Below are positions 18,743-29,268 of a DNA stretch of 64,000 nt, piece after piece. Location of the stretch: contig CAVYAE010000034.1 of the NCBI GenBank assembly GCA_963766305.1, positions 202,041-266,040 of the forward strand, written 5' to 3'. Under the pieces are notes generated by a model. That model worked only from the letters and a program-made list of their open reading frames with translations, did not search any database and was not told where the DNA came from. A program made the position numbers and the translations under genes. Position 1 is the stretch's first letter. Every line of letters begins with the position of its first letter. The stretch comes from an uncultured Bacteroidota bacterium. Lineage in GTDB: Bacteria > Bacteroidota > Bacteroidia > Bacteroidales > JAAUTT01.

Positions 18743-19759
18743 ATGATCGATTTGGATTGGAAAAATTTACCATTTGGTTATGTAAAAACTAACTATAATG
18801 TCCGTTGTTATTTTCGTGACGGTAAATGGGGTGAACTTGAAATAAGCTCATCCGAACAAATCAATCTTCATATTGCTGCTACTGCCCTGCATTATGGCCA
18901 GGAAGCATTTGAAGGATCAAAAGCCTACCGTGGGAAAGATGGAAAAATCCGTTTATTCAGAATAATTGAAAATGCCAGACGTATGGCTGATACTGCTTCA
19001 TATATACGTATGGAAATGCCTCCGGCGGATTTGTTCATTAACGCTGTTAAAACTGCCGTAAAGTTAAATATGGAGTTTATTCCACCCTACGAATCAGGCG
19101 CTACTTTATATATAAGACCCTTGCTAATTGGTACAGGCCCTCAGGTAGGGGTAAAACCTGCCGGTGAATACCTTTTCATGGTATTTGTAACCCCTGTTGG
19201 ACCTTATTATAAGAATGGCTTCACACCTATTGATATTGTTATTGAAAGGGGAAGTGACAGATCAGCCCCTTTAGGGACAGGTCATGTAAAGGTTGGAGGG
19301 AATTACGCTGGTGGATTAATTTCCCAGGATAAGTCTCATAAACTAGGATATGCGGCATCACTGTACCTTGATCCCAAAGAAAAAAAATACATTGACGAAG
19401 CCGGCCCTGCAAATTTTTTTGGAATCAAAAATAACACCTATATAACTCCTGATTCACATAGTATTTTGCCATCCATAACAAATAAAAGCCTGATGCAATT
19501 AGCTGAACATCTCGGGATGAAAGTAGAACAAAGAAAAATTCCCTTTGAGGAACTTGCGACCTTTGAAGAAGCCGGAGCGTGTGGTACAGCAGCTGTTATA
19601 AGTCCTATCAATAAAATTGATGATCTGGAAAACAATGTCTCTTATGTAATAGCCAAGGATTGCAAACCAGGTAAACAAACTGTTTTACTTTATGAAAATC
19701 TGGTTGGCATTCAATACGGCCTTAAACCTGACCCATTCGGATGGATAACGGTATTGTAA
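18743..19759 (+). CDS. ilvE: branched-chain amino acid aminotransferase
   Basis: Class IV aminotransferase pattern (QEAFEGSKAYRGKDGKIRLFR, YIRPLLIGTG, GNYAGG, GACGTAAVISP). Confidence 0.9.
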   Translation: MIDLDWKNLPFGYVKTNYNVRCYFRDGKWGELEISSSEQINLHIAATALHYGQEAFEGSKAYRGKDGKIRLFRIIENARRMADTASYIRMEMPPADLFINAVKTAVKLNMEFIPPYESGATLYIRPLLIGTGPQVGVKPAGEYLFMVFVTPVGPYYKNGFTPIDIVIERGSDRSAPLGTGHVKVGGNYAGGLISQDKSHKLGYAASLYLDPKEKKYIDEAGPANFFGIKNNTYITPDSHSILPSITNKSLMQLAEHLGMKVEQRKIPFEELATFEEAGACGTAAVISPINKIDDLENNVSYVIAKDCKPGKQTVLLYENLVGIQYGLKPDPFGWITVL

Positions 19760-19903
19760 AATTGGGAAAGTAAAATATTTGCCGGGTAATATTTGCCCTT
19801 TGCCGGGATTTGAAGATGAAACGAGCATGGTTAAAAAAACACAAATACTTGTAGAAATTTTTTCAGCGAGTTCCATCCGGACATATAAAATAATGATTAT
19901 CGG

Positions 19904-20782
19904 ATGAAACAAAACGAAAATAAAATAATTCAGCGACGTTTAAGAAGTTCCTATTTTACTTCACTTATTTCAATTTCCCTTGTATTGTTTATGATTGGGC
20001 TGATTGGAATATTATTACTGAACGCTCATAGAATTTCTGTTAACGTTAAAGAAAACATTGGATTTTCAATAATTCTTAAGGAAAATATTAAAGAAGCCGA
20101 TATCTTTAAATTACAAAAAACACTGGATGCAACACGTTATATAAAATCTACCGAATATATCCCTAAAGAAAAAGCCGCTAAGGAATTTCAACAGGAATTG
20201 GGTGAAGATTTTGTTGGTTTCCTTGGTTTTAATCCCTTATTATCATCTATTGAAGTAAGGCTCTTTGCTAATTATGCTAATCCTGACAGCATTGCAATGA
20301 TTGAAAAGGAGATGAGACAATATGAACCTGTAAAAGAAATTTATTATCAAAAATCCCTCGTGCACCTGATAAATGATAATATTCAAAAAATCAGCCTGAT
20401 AATTTTATTATTTTGTGGATTATTGTGTATAGTTGCGGTATCTCTTATTAATAATACCATAAGATTGTCAATTTATTCAAAACGTTTTATTATTAATACC
20501 ATGCAACTTGTTGGGGCAACCAGTTCCTTTATACGTAAACCTTTCCTTTACAAAAGCGCCATGCACGGTATATTCGGAGCCTCAATTGCAATTGCACTTA
20601 TACTAACTACGTTATACTGGGCAGAAAAACAGTTGCAGGATATTGTTCAATTAACAGATTTAAATATCATATTTGTACTTTGTCTGGGTATATTATTTAT
20701 TGGCATATTTATAAACTTACTATCTACCTTTTTTGCTGTAAATAAATACCTTAAAATGAGCACTAACGATTTGTATTATTAA
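19904..20782 (+). CDS. ftsX: cell division protein FtsX (permease-like)
   Basis: N-terminal cytoplasmic RRLRSSYF, TM, periplasmic domain, 3 C-terminal TMs; length and topology typical of FtsX. Confidence 0.8.
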   Translation: MKQNENKIIQRRLRSSYFTSLISISLVLFMIGLIGILLLNAHRISVNVKENIGFSIILKENIKEADIFKLQKTLDATRYIKSTEYIPKEKAAKEFQQELGEDFVGFLGFNPLLSSIEVRLFANYANPDSIAMIEKEMRQYEPVKEIYYQKSLVHLINDNIQKISLIILLFCGLLCIVAVSLINNTIRLSIYSKRFIINTMQLVGATSSFIRKPFLYKSAMHGIFGASIAIALILTTLYWAEKQLQDIVQLTDLNIIFVLCLGILFIGIFINLLSTFFAVNKYLKMSTNDLYY

Positions 20783-20794
20783 ATTTATTTTTTT

Positions 20795-21061
20795 ATGGCT
20801 GCAGAAAAAAAGAAAACACAGGCTAAAGTTTCCGGATTTGCCATTCCTGGCGAAAATTATAAATTTTTAATTTTGGGTTTTATAATAGTTATTATTGGTT
20901 TTCTGCTTATGGTGGGAGGAGGTTCGAATGATCCGAAAATATTTAATAAGGATATGTTCAGTACAAGAAGAATTATAATAGCTCCTATCGTCGTTATTTT
21001 CGGATTTGCCTTCGAGATATGGGCAATTATGAGGAAACCAAAGAGTAATGTGCAATTGTAA
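20795..21061 (+). CDS. small two-TM membrane protein (DUF3098-like)
   Basis: 88 aa, two hydrophobic helices, position between ftsX and uppP as commonly seen in Bacteroidota. Confidence 0.55.
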   Translation: MAAEKKKTQAKVSGFAIPGENYKFLILGFIIVIIGFLLMVGGGSNDPKIFNKDMFSTRRIIIAPIVVIFGFAFEIWAIMRKPKSNVQL

Positions 21062-21063
21062 CG

Positions 21064-21095
21064 ATGTGCAGATTTGCAGATGTATAAATACTTAT
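21064..21095. repeat. decaying tandem octamers ATGTGCAG ATTTGCAG ATGTATAA ATACTTAT
   Basis: Read directly; begins 3 nt after the stop codon at 21059-21061. Confidence 0.65.
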
Positions 21096-21196
21096 GGTCA
21101 CATGTTGATTATTAATTACTTAAGAAAGGTGAGGGATAGTAATTAGTCATTGGTCAACTGACATTCTTAACATTATATCAAAACCCTGACAATTTT

Positions 21197-21994
21197 ATGG
21201 ATACATTACAAACTATAATTTTAGCAATAGTAGAAGGCATCACAGAGTTTCTGCCAATTTCAAGTACAGCTCATATGAAAATTACAAACCATTTTATAGG
21301 AGTTTCTGATGTTTCTCCCTTTGTAAACATGTTTGAAGTTGTAATTCAGCTGGCTGCCATTTTATCTGTTGTAGTAATTTACTGGAAAAAATTCTTTGAT
21401 TTCTCCAGGGCAGGTTTATATATCAAACTTCTGATAGCATTAATCCCGGCACTTATAATAGGTTTCTTTTGTAAGAAATATATTGAAACAGTGTTGGAAA
21501 ACCTTACATTTATTTCTTGTGTAATGATAGGAGGTGGAATAATTTTATTATTTGTGGATAATGTTTTTAAAAATCCTGTAATTGAAGAAGAAAAAAATAT
21601 CACTAATAAACAATCCTTTATAATAGGGTGTTTTCAAACTTTGTCAATTTTATTGCCCGGATTCAGCCGCAGTGCAGCTACCATTATTGGAGGTATGAGT
21701 CAAAAATTAACAAGGAGCCTGGCAGCTGAATTTTCTTTTCTTCTTGCTGTGCCAACTATGTTTGCTGCTTCAGTCAAAAGTTTTTACGATTTATATAAAG
21801 AACATCCCGAGACTATAAATTCATCAAATATGAGTACGCTGGCCATTGGCAGCATAGTTTCATTTATAGTAGCTTTAATTGCAGTAAAGTTTTTGATTGG
21901 GTACCTGCAAAAACATGGATTCAAACTTTTTGGTTATTACAGGATCATTGTCGGGGTATCTCTAGTTATTATGTTGATTGCTAAAGTAATTTAA
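21197..21994 (+). CDS. uppP: undecaprenyl-diphosphate phosphatase
   Basis: EGITEFLPISSTAHM and PGFSRSAATI signature motifs of BacA/UppP. Confidence 0.9.
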   Translation: MDTLQTIILAIVEGITEFLPISSTAHMKITNHFIGVSDVSPFVNMFEVVIQLAAILSVVVIYWKKFFDFSRAGLYIKLLIALIPALIIGFFCKKYIETVLENLTFISCVMIGGGIILLFVDNVFKNPVIEEEKNITNKQSFIIGCFQTLSILLPGFSRSAATIIGGMSQKLTRSLAAEFSFLLAVPTMFAASVKSFYDLYKEHPETINSSNMSTLAIGSIVSFIVALIAVKFLIGYLQKHGFKLFGYYRIIVGVSLVIMLIAKVI

Positions 21995-22052
21995 TTAGTG
22001 ATAAATTTGAATTTGCCTGGAGATACAGCATTTTTACTGAGAAATATAAAAA

Positions 22053-22742
22053 ATGGGCTATAATTTCATAGAAGGAGAAGTCCTGCTGATAAACAAACCA
22101 CTTAAATGGACCTCATTTTATGTAGTTAAAAAAATTGAAATTGCCCTTCGTAAACATTTAAATATAAAAAAAATAAAGGTGGGTCATGCCGGAACTCTTG
22201 ATCCTCTGGCTACAGGCCTTCTAATTGTATGCACCGGCAAAGCCACCAAGCAGATACATTTAATACAGGGTGAGGAAAAAGAATATATGGCTGGAATGCT
22301 GATTGGTAAAACAACTCCTTCATTTGATCTGGAAACCGATTATGACAATATATATCCCACGGAACATATTACTAAAGAATTGGTTGAAGAAGTTGTCGGT
22401 TCATTTATCGGTAACTCGGACCAGGTTCCTCCTGTTTTTTCTGCAAAATTTTTTGAAGGTAAAAGGGCTTATGAATATGCACGTAAAGGTCAGTCAATAG
22501 AATTAAAGGCTAGTCCGATTAATATTTCTGATATAGAACTTGTATCTTATGACTTTCCGGTGTTCACTATAAGGGTGAAATGCAGCAAAGGCACTTATAT
22601 ACGTTCCCTGTCGAGGGATATAGGTACACGTCTCAAGAGTGGTGCCTGTATGATATCTCTTGAAAGAATTGCCATTGGACCGTACAAATTAAATAATGCC
22701 TTAACATTGGAAGAATTTGAAAATAAATTAGCACTTTTGTAA
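22053..22742 (+). CDS. truB: tRNA pseudouridine(55) synthase
   Basis: [25 protein letters not shown] catalytic Asp motif. Confidence 0.9.
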   Translation: MGYNFIEGEVLLINKPLKWTSFYVVKKIEIALRKHLNIKKIKVGHAGTLDPLATGLLIVCTGKATKQIHLIQGEEKEYMAGMLIGKTTPSFDLETDYDNIYPTEHITKELVEEVVGSFIGNSDQVPPVFSAKFFEGKRAYEYARKGQSIELKASPINISDIELVSYDFPVFTIRVKCSKGTYIRSLSRDIGTRLKSGACMISLERIAIGPYKLNNALTLEEFENKLALL

Positions 22743-22791
22743 CCATTTTTTAAAATGGCTGTATAAAGTAACCCATAACATTTCAACGAAT

Positions 22792-23841
22792 ATGAAGTTA
22801 TCGCAATATAAATTTAATCTTCCATCCGATTTAATAGCAAAATTTCCTGCTCCTAATAGGGATGAATCCAGATTAATGATATTAAATAAAGAAACAGGAA
22901 AGATTGAACATCGTATTTTCAAGGATATCATAGATTATTTCGAGGAAGGCGATGTGATGGTATTTAACAACACTAAGGTTTTCCCTGCACGTTTATATGG
23001 TAATAAGGAGAAAACGGGTGCGGAAATAGAGGTGTTCCTTTTAAGGGAATTAAACCGGGAACAGCGTCTTTGGGACGTATTGGTCGATCCGGCCCGAAAA
23101 ATAAGGATAGGTAATAAATTATATTTTGGAGAAAACGATATCCTTGTTGCGGAAGTAATAGATAACACCACATCCAGGGGACGTACCTTACGTTTTCTAT
23201 ATGACGGCGATTACGACGATTTTAAATCTACATTATATAAGCTTGGAGAAACACCTCTTCCTAAATTTATTAAAAGGGAAGTGGTACCTGAAGACAGGGA
23301 ACGTTACCAGACTGTATTTGCCAAGCATGAAGGTGCAGTTGCAGCACCTACTGCCGGAATGCATTTTAGTCGTGAATTATTAAAACGACTTGAAATTAAA
23401 GGTATTCATTTCGGTGAGATTACTTTACACGTAGGTTTGGGTAATTTCAGAACAGTTGATGTTGAGGATCTTACCAAGCATAAAATGGACTCCGAACGTA
23501 TTATTATTACTGATGAGGCCACAAAAATAGTTAATGAAGGTATAGACAGACGATCACATATTTGTGCAGTTGGGACAACCGTATTAAGAACTCTTGAAAG
23601 TTCCGTTTCTACTACACATCATCTTAAATCGTTCGACGGATGGACAAATAAATTCATTTTCCCTCCTTATGAATTCAGTATACCTGACCGGATGGTATCA
23701 AATTTCCATCTTCCCTTGTCAACCCTTTTAATGATGGTGTCTGCTTTTGCTGGCTATGATGTTCTCTTTGAGGCTTATAAAGTAGCAATAAAAGAAAAAT
23801 ATCATTTTGGTACTTACGGGGATGCTATGCTTATAAGATAA
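22792..23841 (+). CDS. queA: S-adenosylmethionine:tRNA ribosyltransferase-isomerase
   Basis: [27 protein letters not shown]..., [20 protein letters not shown] motifs. Confidence 0.95.
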   Translation: MKLSQYKFNLPSDLIAKFPAPNRDESRLMILNKETGKIEHRIFKDIIDYFEEGDVMVFNNTKVFPARLYGNKEKTGAEIEVFLLRELNREQRLWDVLVDPARKIRIGNKLYFGENDILVAEVIDNTTSRGRTLRFLYDGDYDDFKSTLYKLGETPLPKFIKREVVPEDRERYQTVFAKHEGAVAAPTAGMHFSRELLKRLEIKGIHFGEITLHVGLGNFRTVDVEDLTKHKMDSERIIITDEATKIVNEGIDRRSHICAVGTTVLRTLESSVSTTHHLKSFDGWTNKFIFPPYEFSIPDRMVSNFHLPLSTLLMMVSAFAGYDVLFEAYKVAIKEKYHFGTYGDAMLIR

Positions 23842-23860
23842 TGAACGATGACTTAAACCT

Positions 23861-25378
23861 ATGCAACTCCTCAACTCCATTGTAGGATGGTTTAATATTA
23901 AAAGGCTCCACCAGATAGGGCTGTTTAAGCAGTACCCTTCTAATGTACAGCAGGATCAGCTTACAAAATTAATTTGTAAGGCAAAAGACACCGAGTGGGG
24001 ACAAAAATTCAAATTCGATAAAATACAATCAGTAGAAGATTTTCAGAATAATATTCCTTTACAGTCCTATGAGGATATTAAACCATATGTCAACCGGCTG
24101 CGTGAGGGCGAACAAAACCTTCTCTGGCCCGGTGAAATAAAATGGTTCGCTAAATCTTCCGGTACAACAAATGATAAAAGTAAGTTCATACCTGTGAGCA
24201 GGGAGGCCATGGAAGATTGTCATTTCCGTGGTGGCAAGGATATCATGGCCATCTATACAAACCTGCATCCAAACACCAAAATTTACACCGGCAAAGGATT
24301 GACCCTTGGTGGAAGTCATCAAATCAATAACTTTAGCAATCAATCCCTATATGGGGATTTATCAGCTATTCTGATAGAAAATTTACCCTGGTGGGTTGAT
24401 TTTATCCGCACTCCCAAAGTAGAAATTGCCCTGCTTGAAAGATGGGAAGAAAAACTTGCTAAAATAACAGAGACAACCATACATGAAAATGTGACAAATA
24501 TCGCTGGTGTACCTTCCTGGAACCTTGTGCTTATTAAACATATTCTGAAAATTACCGGGAAAAGTGAATTACATGAAGTATGGCCTAATCTGGAGCTGTT
24601 TACCCACGGTGGAGTAAGTTTCATTCCATATAAGGATCAGTTTAAAAATATAATACCTTCCTGTAAAATGAATTATATGGAAGCTTACAATGCCTCAGAA
24701 GGATTTTTTGCCATACAGGACGATCCTTCAAAAGACGATATGCTTCTTATGCTCGATTATGGAATTTTTTATGAGTTCATTCCAATGGATCAGTTTGACA
24801 AAACATCGCCCGACGTGCTTACACTGGATCAAATTGAGACAGGCAAAAATTATGCTATTGTCATATCAACCAATGCAGGATTGTGGCGTTATGTAATAGG
24901 CGACACCGTTGTTTTTACTTCTAAATTTCCACATAAGATAAAAATTTCAGGCAGAACAAAACATTATATAAATGCCTTCGGTGAGGAGGTAATTATAGAT
25001 AATGCTGAAAAGGCCCTGCAGATAGCGTGTGAAAAAACAAATTCCACAATAAAGGAATATACTGCCGGTCCGATATTTATGGGCGACACATCCAATGGTG
25101 CCCATGAATGGCTCATAGAATTTGAAACAGAACCCGCGGAACTGGATTATTTTACTACCCTGCTCGACAACGCCCTGTGCTCCGTGAACTCTGATTATGA
25201 AGCAAAGCGTTATAAAAATATTACTTTAAGGCTTCCGGTAGTACGCAAAATAAAACCCAATGTATTTTATAAATGGATGAAAGAAAAAGGTAAACTTGGA
25301 GGACAGAACAAAGTGCCCCGCCTGTCCAATAATCGTAAATACATAGAAGAAGTTATGGCAATAAATGAAATGATGTAA
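23861..25378 (+). CDS. GH3 (auxin-responsive promoter) family adenylating-enzyme-like protein
   Basis: WFAKSSGTTNDKSKFIPVS and overall layout typical of bacterial GH3-family proteins. Confidence 0.75.
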   Translation: MQLLNSIVGWFNIKRLHQIGLFKQYPSNVQQDQLTKLICKAKDTEWGQKFKFDKIQSVEDFQNNIPLQSYEDIKPYVNRLREGEQNLLWPGEIKWFAKSSGTTNDKSKFIPVSREAMEDCHFRGGKDIMAIYTNLHPNTKIYTGKGLTLGGSHQINNFSNQSLYGDLSAILIENLPWWVDFIRTPKVEIALLERWEEKLAKITETTIHENVTNIAGVPSWNLVLIKHILKITGKSELHEVWPNLELFTHGGVSFIPYKDQFKNIIPSCKMNYMEAYNASEGFFAIQDDPSKDDMLLMLDYGIFYEFIPMDQFDKTSPDVLTLDQIETGKNYAIVISTNAGLWRYVIGDTVVFTSKFPHKIKISGRTKHYINAFGEEVIIDNAEKALQIACEKTNSTIKEYTAGPIFMGDTSNGAHEWLIEFETEPAELDYFTTLLDNALCSVNSDYEAKRYKNITLRLPVVRKIKPNVFYKWMKEKGKLGGQNKVPRLSNNRKYIEEVMAINEMM

Positions 25379-25447
25379 TAAAAGGACAGCTGTTCCCATT
25401 ACAAAATTTCCGCAAAAATCTTCCTATATTTATAAAAAATTACAAAA

Positions 25448-26062
25448 ATGCACATCGCGATAGCAGGTAATATAGGATCAGGAAAAACAACACTCACAGG
25501 GTTATTGTCCAAACATTACAATTGGCAGCCCCACTACGAGGACGTGGATGACAATCCATATCTGCATGATTTTTATGACGATATGCAACGCTGGTCGTTC
25601 AATCTCCAGATATATTTCCTTAATTCCAGGATAAATCAGATTATTCAGATAAGAAATTCAGGCAATACAGTTATTCAGGACCGCACAATCTATGAGGATG
25701 CATACATCTTTGCAGCAAATCTTCATTCTATGGCTCTAATGTCAACAAGGGATTATGACTCTTACGTTGCTCTCTTTGAATTAATATCCTCCTTGATTCA
25801 ACCTCCTGACCTGGTAATTTATTTGCGTGCTTCTGTGCCGCGACTTGTAAACCAGATTCAGAAAAGAGGACGCAAATATGAAAATGCAATTCGTCTTGAT
25901 TACCTTCTTAGGCTTAATGAAAGGTATGAAGCGTGGGTAAGTGCCTACAAACTTGGCAAATTACTTATAGTGGACGTGGATTCGAACAACTTCTCGGAAA
26001 ACCCCGAAGATCTGGGAAATATTATTACAAAAATTGATGCGCAGCTGCATGGACTGTTCTAA
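25448..26062 (+). CDS. deoxynucleoside kinase
   Basis: P-loop IAIAGNIGSGKTTL, DRTIYEDAYIFA, LRASVPRLVNQIQKRGR lid. Confidence 0.85.
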   Translation: MHIAIAGNIGSGKTTLTGLLSKHYNWQPHYEDVDDNPYLHDFYDDMQRWSFNLQIYFLNSRINQIIQIRNSGNTVIQDRTIYEDAYIFAANLHSMALMSTRDYDSYVALFELISSLIQPPDLVIYLRASVPRLVNQIQKRGRKYENAIRLDYLLRLNERYEAWVSAYKLGKLLIVDVDSNNFSENPEDLGNIITKIDAQLHGLF

Positions 26063-26103
26063 TAAAATCCCGAAGCACAAATCTTGAATCTTTTAGGTTT
26101 AGG

Positions 26104-27087
26104 TTAATTATTTATTATATCATTAATCTTTTCCCTTAATTCCACCCACGATTCTGCAGGAATCTTAGCTCCTATTACCTCGATAACTTTACCTGAGAGC
26201 AGCGATCCGGCTTCACCGCATTTATATAATGGCAAACCCTTTGATAACCCATATAAAAATCCTGCCGCATAAAGGTCGCCGGCTCCTGTGGTATCAATTA
26301 CTTTTGCCTTGACAGGGCTTATTTTTGTCAATGTTCCTCCGTGTTGAATTAAAGAGCCGTGTTTTCCAATTTTAACGACTGCTATTTCGCAAATTTTGGC
26401 GATTTCTTCCACTGCTTCTTCTGCATCTTTTCCTGTAAAGGCTTTTGCTTCTTCTTCATTGGCAAAAACGACATCAATATATTTCGTAATTATTTCCTTA
26501 AGAAAATCAATATTGGCCTCTACCAGATTATAACTGGCAAGATCAAGTGAAACTATCATTTCATTGTCTTTGGCAAGTTTTAGAGATTTAAGGACCAAGT
26601 CTTTATTAAATATCAAATAGCCTTCCAAATGAAGTATCTTATAATTTCTGAATATATTTTCATCAACATCTTTATCACTGATTTCAACCGATGCCCCCAG
26701 ATATGTGCCAAAAGTCCGCTCAGAATCAGGAGTAATTAAAACTGTGGATATTCCTGTTCCGGTGTCGGACCGTTTTACAAATGTTTCTACTTTATTTTTA
26801 TTCATGTCATCCAAAAAGAAATCCCCGGTACTGTCGTTACCTACCTTCCCGATATATCCGGCTTTGACTCCAAGGGAAGCTACACCGTTGATAGCATTAG
26901 CCGCAGAGCCCCCTGAGGCTTTGGTATTTTTCAAATTGCCGGTTTTTGAAAGCATCATATTTTTAAACTCACTATCAACAAGTTGCATACTACCCTTGCC
27001 CAGTTTTAATTCCCTGATTATATCTTCATTTTCAACCATTATTAATAAATCTACCAGGGCATTGCCTATTCCTAAAATTCCAGCCAT
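26104..27087 (-). CDS. PfkB-family carbohydrate/adenosine kinase
   Basis: GIGNALVD N-terminus; GGSAANA; DTTGAGDLYAAGFLYG signature. Confidence 0.8.
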   Translation of the reverse strand: MAGILGIGNALVDLLIMVENEDIIRELKLGKGSMQLVDSEFKNMMLSKTGNLKNTKASGGSAANAINGVASLGVKAGYIGKVGNDSTGDFFLDDMNKNKVETFVKRSDTGTGISTVLITPDSERTFGTYLGASVEISDKDVDENIFRNYKILHLEGYLIFNKDLVLKSLKLAKDNEMIVSLDLASYNLVEANIDFLKEIITKYIDVVFANEEEAKAFTGKDAEEAVEEIAKICEIAVVKIGKHGSLIQHGGTLTKISPVKAKVIDTTGAGDLYAAGFLYGLSKGLPLYKCGEAGSLLSGKVIEVIGAKIPAESWVELREKINDIINN

Positions 27088-27120
27088 TTTTAATTTTTAA
27101 TTTTATATTTTTGATTTAAA

Positions 27121-27248
27121 GTAGTAAAGTAGGTAAGTAAGATAGTAGGAAAGGAAAAAGACAACTCAACAACATTCACAAACAATCTGAAATACGTTAT
27201 CCGACATCCGTTATCACTAATTAGTCATTTTTCATCTGCACATTATTT
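27121..27248. repeat. 16 consecutive 8-nt words arranged in blocks of related octamers
   Basis: GTAGTAAA GTAGGTAA GTAAGATA GTAGGAAA GGAAAAAG / ACAACTCA ACAACATT CACAAACA / ..TACGTTAT CCGACATC CGTTATCA / ..TCATTTTT CATCTGCA CATTATTT. Confidence 0.6.
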
Positions 27249-27250
27249 CC

Positions 27251-29122
27251 TCATTCCCTGCTCCTCAAAGCCAGACCATATGCCTGATCATATGCCCTAC
27301 CCAGCTTTTCCCAGTCAAATAACATTGAAGTAGCTTCTACATTATTTCTTTGTTTTATTCTTTCCCGTCTGGACAACTTTACAAAACCAAATAATAGCTC
27401 TGAGAGGTCCTCGGCAATTTCATTTATGCTTTTGTGTTTTCTTTCAAGTACATATATTCCAAGATTATCATGATCAGGAACAGAAGATTTTACAAAAGAG
27501 CCAAAGCCTGACATATCACTTGTAACAGATGGTATACCGCTTACAATGCATTCCAGTGGTGTGTAGCCCCAGGGTTCGTAATAACTCGGGAAAATACCCA
27601 TATGGCAGCCTCTTATAAACTGGAGGTACTCCATTCTGAACAAAGGATTTGAAGTTGTAATAAAATCAGGATGATAAACTACCTTGACCTTATCATGAAC
27701 ATAGTTCATCATATTATAGTTTTTCAAAAAGTTTACAATAGGATCACTCCACTCATTAATAAGGTTGTGGGTAACTACAGGAGGCAGTCTTTTAGTGCGC
27801 CACGACTGCAAATTTGTACGAAGGCGCAGCACCATGTAATCATCTATCATAGTATTCAAATCAGGCATAACAAACCCTTTTTCATTAGCTGCTATTTTGT
27901 AAAATATTTTATTTGCAAGCTGGTTCTGAAGCTGATCACAGTTACGCTGTATTTCTTCCAGCATGGCCTTTGACTGCAGCACATCGGGATTTATATTTGA
28001 ATATGGGGCACGGGTAATAAAAAAGAACACCACAGTAACGTCGGTACCCGATTTTTTCATTTTTTGGTTTAAACGTGCCAGGGCATCCAACGTTACATCA
28101 TATCCCTTGTTGTTGTATTCATACCTTCCGGAAGTAAAAAAATAAAGTGTTTTATCAAGATTAAAGGAATAACTCTGAAAAAAATGACCCATGACAAATT
28201 CATCTATTTTGGCCTTATATAACCTGTGTAAGTTCTGAAACTCATGCATAGCTTCAAACCTGTCAATATTAATTCCGTTTGGCAGAATGACATCAGGAGT
28301 TTTTCCAAGAAAGACCTTGCATTCTTCAGCCGTTATTTCACTAACGGTAGAGAACACATGTGCTCCATGAGCAGCGGCCCTTTCAATTCCTACCACATGT
28401 TCAACCATGAAATGCCTTGCCTCATATTCCCAGTCATAATTAGGCAAATGATCATAAAACCCATTGTCGTTCATGGCAAGATAACGACCCAGGAGAGTAG
28501 CATGTGTTGTAAATACTATTTTTACAGGGAGCTTTTCGCGTCTTATATCTGGTATGGGTGATCCCGACATCCATTCATGAAAATGTGCAATAACACGTTT
28601 CCCTCTGCCCTGTTTAGATGTAAATAATTTTAAAAACAGATACACAAGATTACCAAAGGAGATAACCTGGTTGGTTAAATCATCGTTGGGAGTTGGTATT
28701 CTATGGTTTTCCCACAAAAAGTATTTTATATCATTAAGGTTATGCATATTGGAAGCAGGGTCAAAAAGCACTACCATTGGACGTCCGGATATAAGCCAGT
28801 ATCCGTAATATACTTTAAACCCGAGATTTTTCATTTCATTGACAGTTTGCACCACGGGGTCGTTTCTATCCTGCACTTCTTCGAAAATTGACTGTGCCTG
28901 GCTCTCAATATATGGCCCCAGTAAGAAATAATGCTCTTTTGGCCACTTTTTCATTATAGAAGGTACTTTGGATTGAAGTACGGTATATATACCTCCTATT
29001 TGATTACACACTTCCCAGGCAGTTTCAAACAGATAAGTCTTCGACATATCATCAGCCGAGATTCTTCTTATAGTTGCAGTTTTTGATGGATGGATGGTTT
29101 CGGTAGTATTGGTAGTTGCCAT
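27251..29122 (-). CDS. eukaryote-type (GT3) glycogen synthase
   Basis: N-terminal FETAWEVCNQIGGIYTVLQSK resembles the GT3 glycogen synthase signature; 623 aa. Confidence 0.8.
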   Translation of the reverse strand: MATTNTTETIHPSKTATIRRISADDMSKTYLFETAWEVCNQIGGIYTVLQSKVPSIMKKWPKEHYFLLGPYIESQAQSIFEEVQDRNDPVVQTVNEMKNLGFKVYYGYWLISGRPMVVLFDPASNMHNLNDIKYFLWENHRIPTPNDDLTNQVISFGNLVYLFLKLFTSKQGRGKRVIAHFHEWMSGSPIPDIRREKLPVKIVFTTHATLLGRYLAMNDNGFYDHLPNYDWEYEARHFMVEHVVGIERAAAHGAHVFSTVSEITAEECKVFLGKTPDVILPNGINIDRFEAMHEFQNLHRLYKAKIDEFVMGHFFQSYSFNLDKTLYFFTSGRYEYNNKGYDVTLDALARLNQKMKKSGTDVTVVFFFITRAPYSNINPDVLQSKAMLEEIQRNCDQLQNQLANKIFYKIAANEKGFVMPDLNTMIDDYMVLRLRTNLQSWRTKRLPPVVTHNLINEWSDPIVNFLKNYNMMNYVHDKVKVVYHPDFITTSNPLFRMEYLQFIRGCHMGIFPSYYEPWGYTPLECIVSGIPSVTSDMSGFGSFVKSSVPDHDNLGIYVLERKHKSINEIAEDLSELLFGFVKLSRRERIKQRNNVEATSMLFDWEKLGRAYDQAYGLALRSRE

Positions 29123-29178
29123 AGCTGTAGTTACTTTACTGTAAAATTAATTGATTTATACGAACAAACAATAAAAAA

Positions 29179-29199
29179 TGACTGATGACTGATGACTGA
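29179..29199. repeat. perfect tandem heptamer (TGACTGA)x3
   Basis: Read directly in the divergent intergenic region. Confidence 0.9.
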
Positions 29200-29226
29200 T
29201 TATTTATTAAAGATTAATATAATACC

Positions 29227-29268
29227 TCATTTGTAATTCGTAATTCGTAATTTGTCATTTGTAATTAT
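29227..29268. repeat. six tandem degenerate heptamers TCATTTG TAATTCG TAATTCG TAATTTG TCATTTG TAATTAT
   Basis: Read directly; 28-69 nt upstream of the MFS start codon. Confidence 0.9.

Noticed and set aside
26705-27100. 131-aa ORF antisense to the PfkB kinase gene. The same applies to similar antisense or out-of-frame ORFs at 2514-3181, 4732-5126, 30681-32154, 37290-38028, 38553-39184, 48132-50005 and 52835-53101.
   Set aside because: Each lies entirely within a longer ORF that has clear family motifs on the other strand or frame, and has low-complexity or atypical composition. These are shadow ORFs typical of AT-rich genomes.
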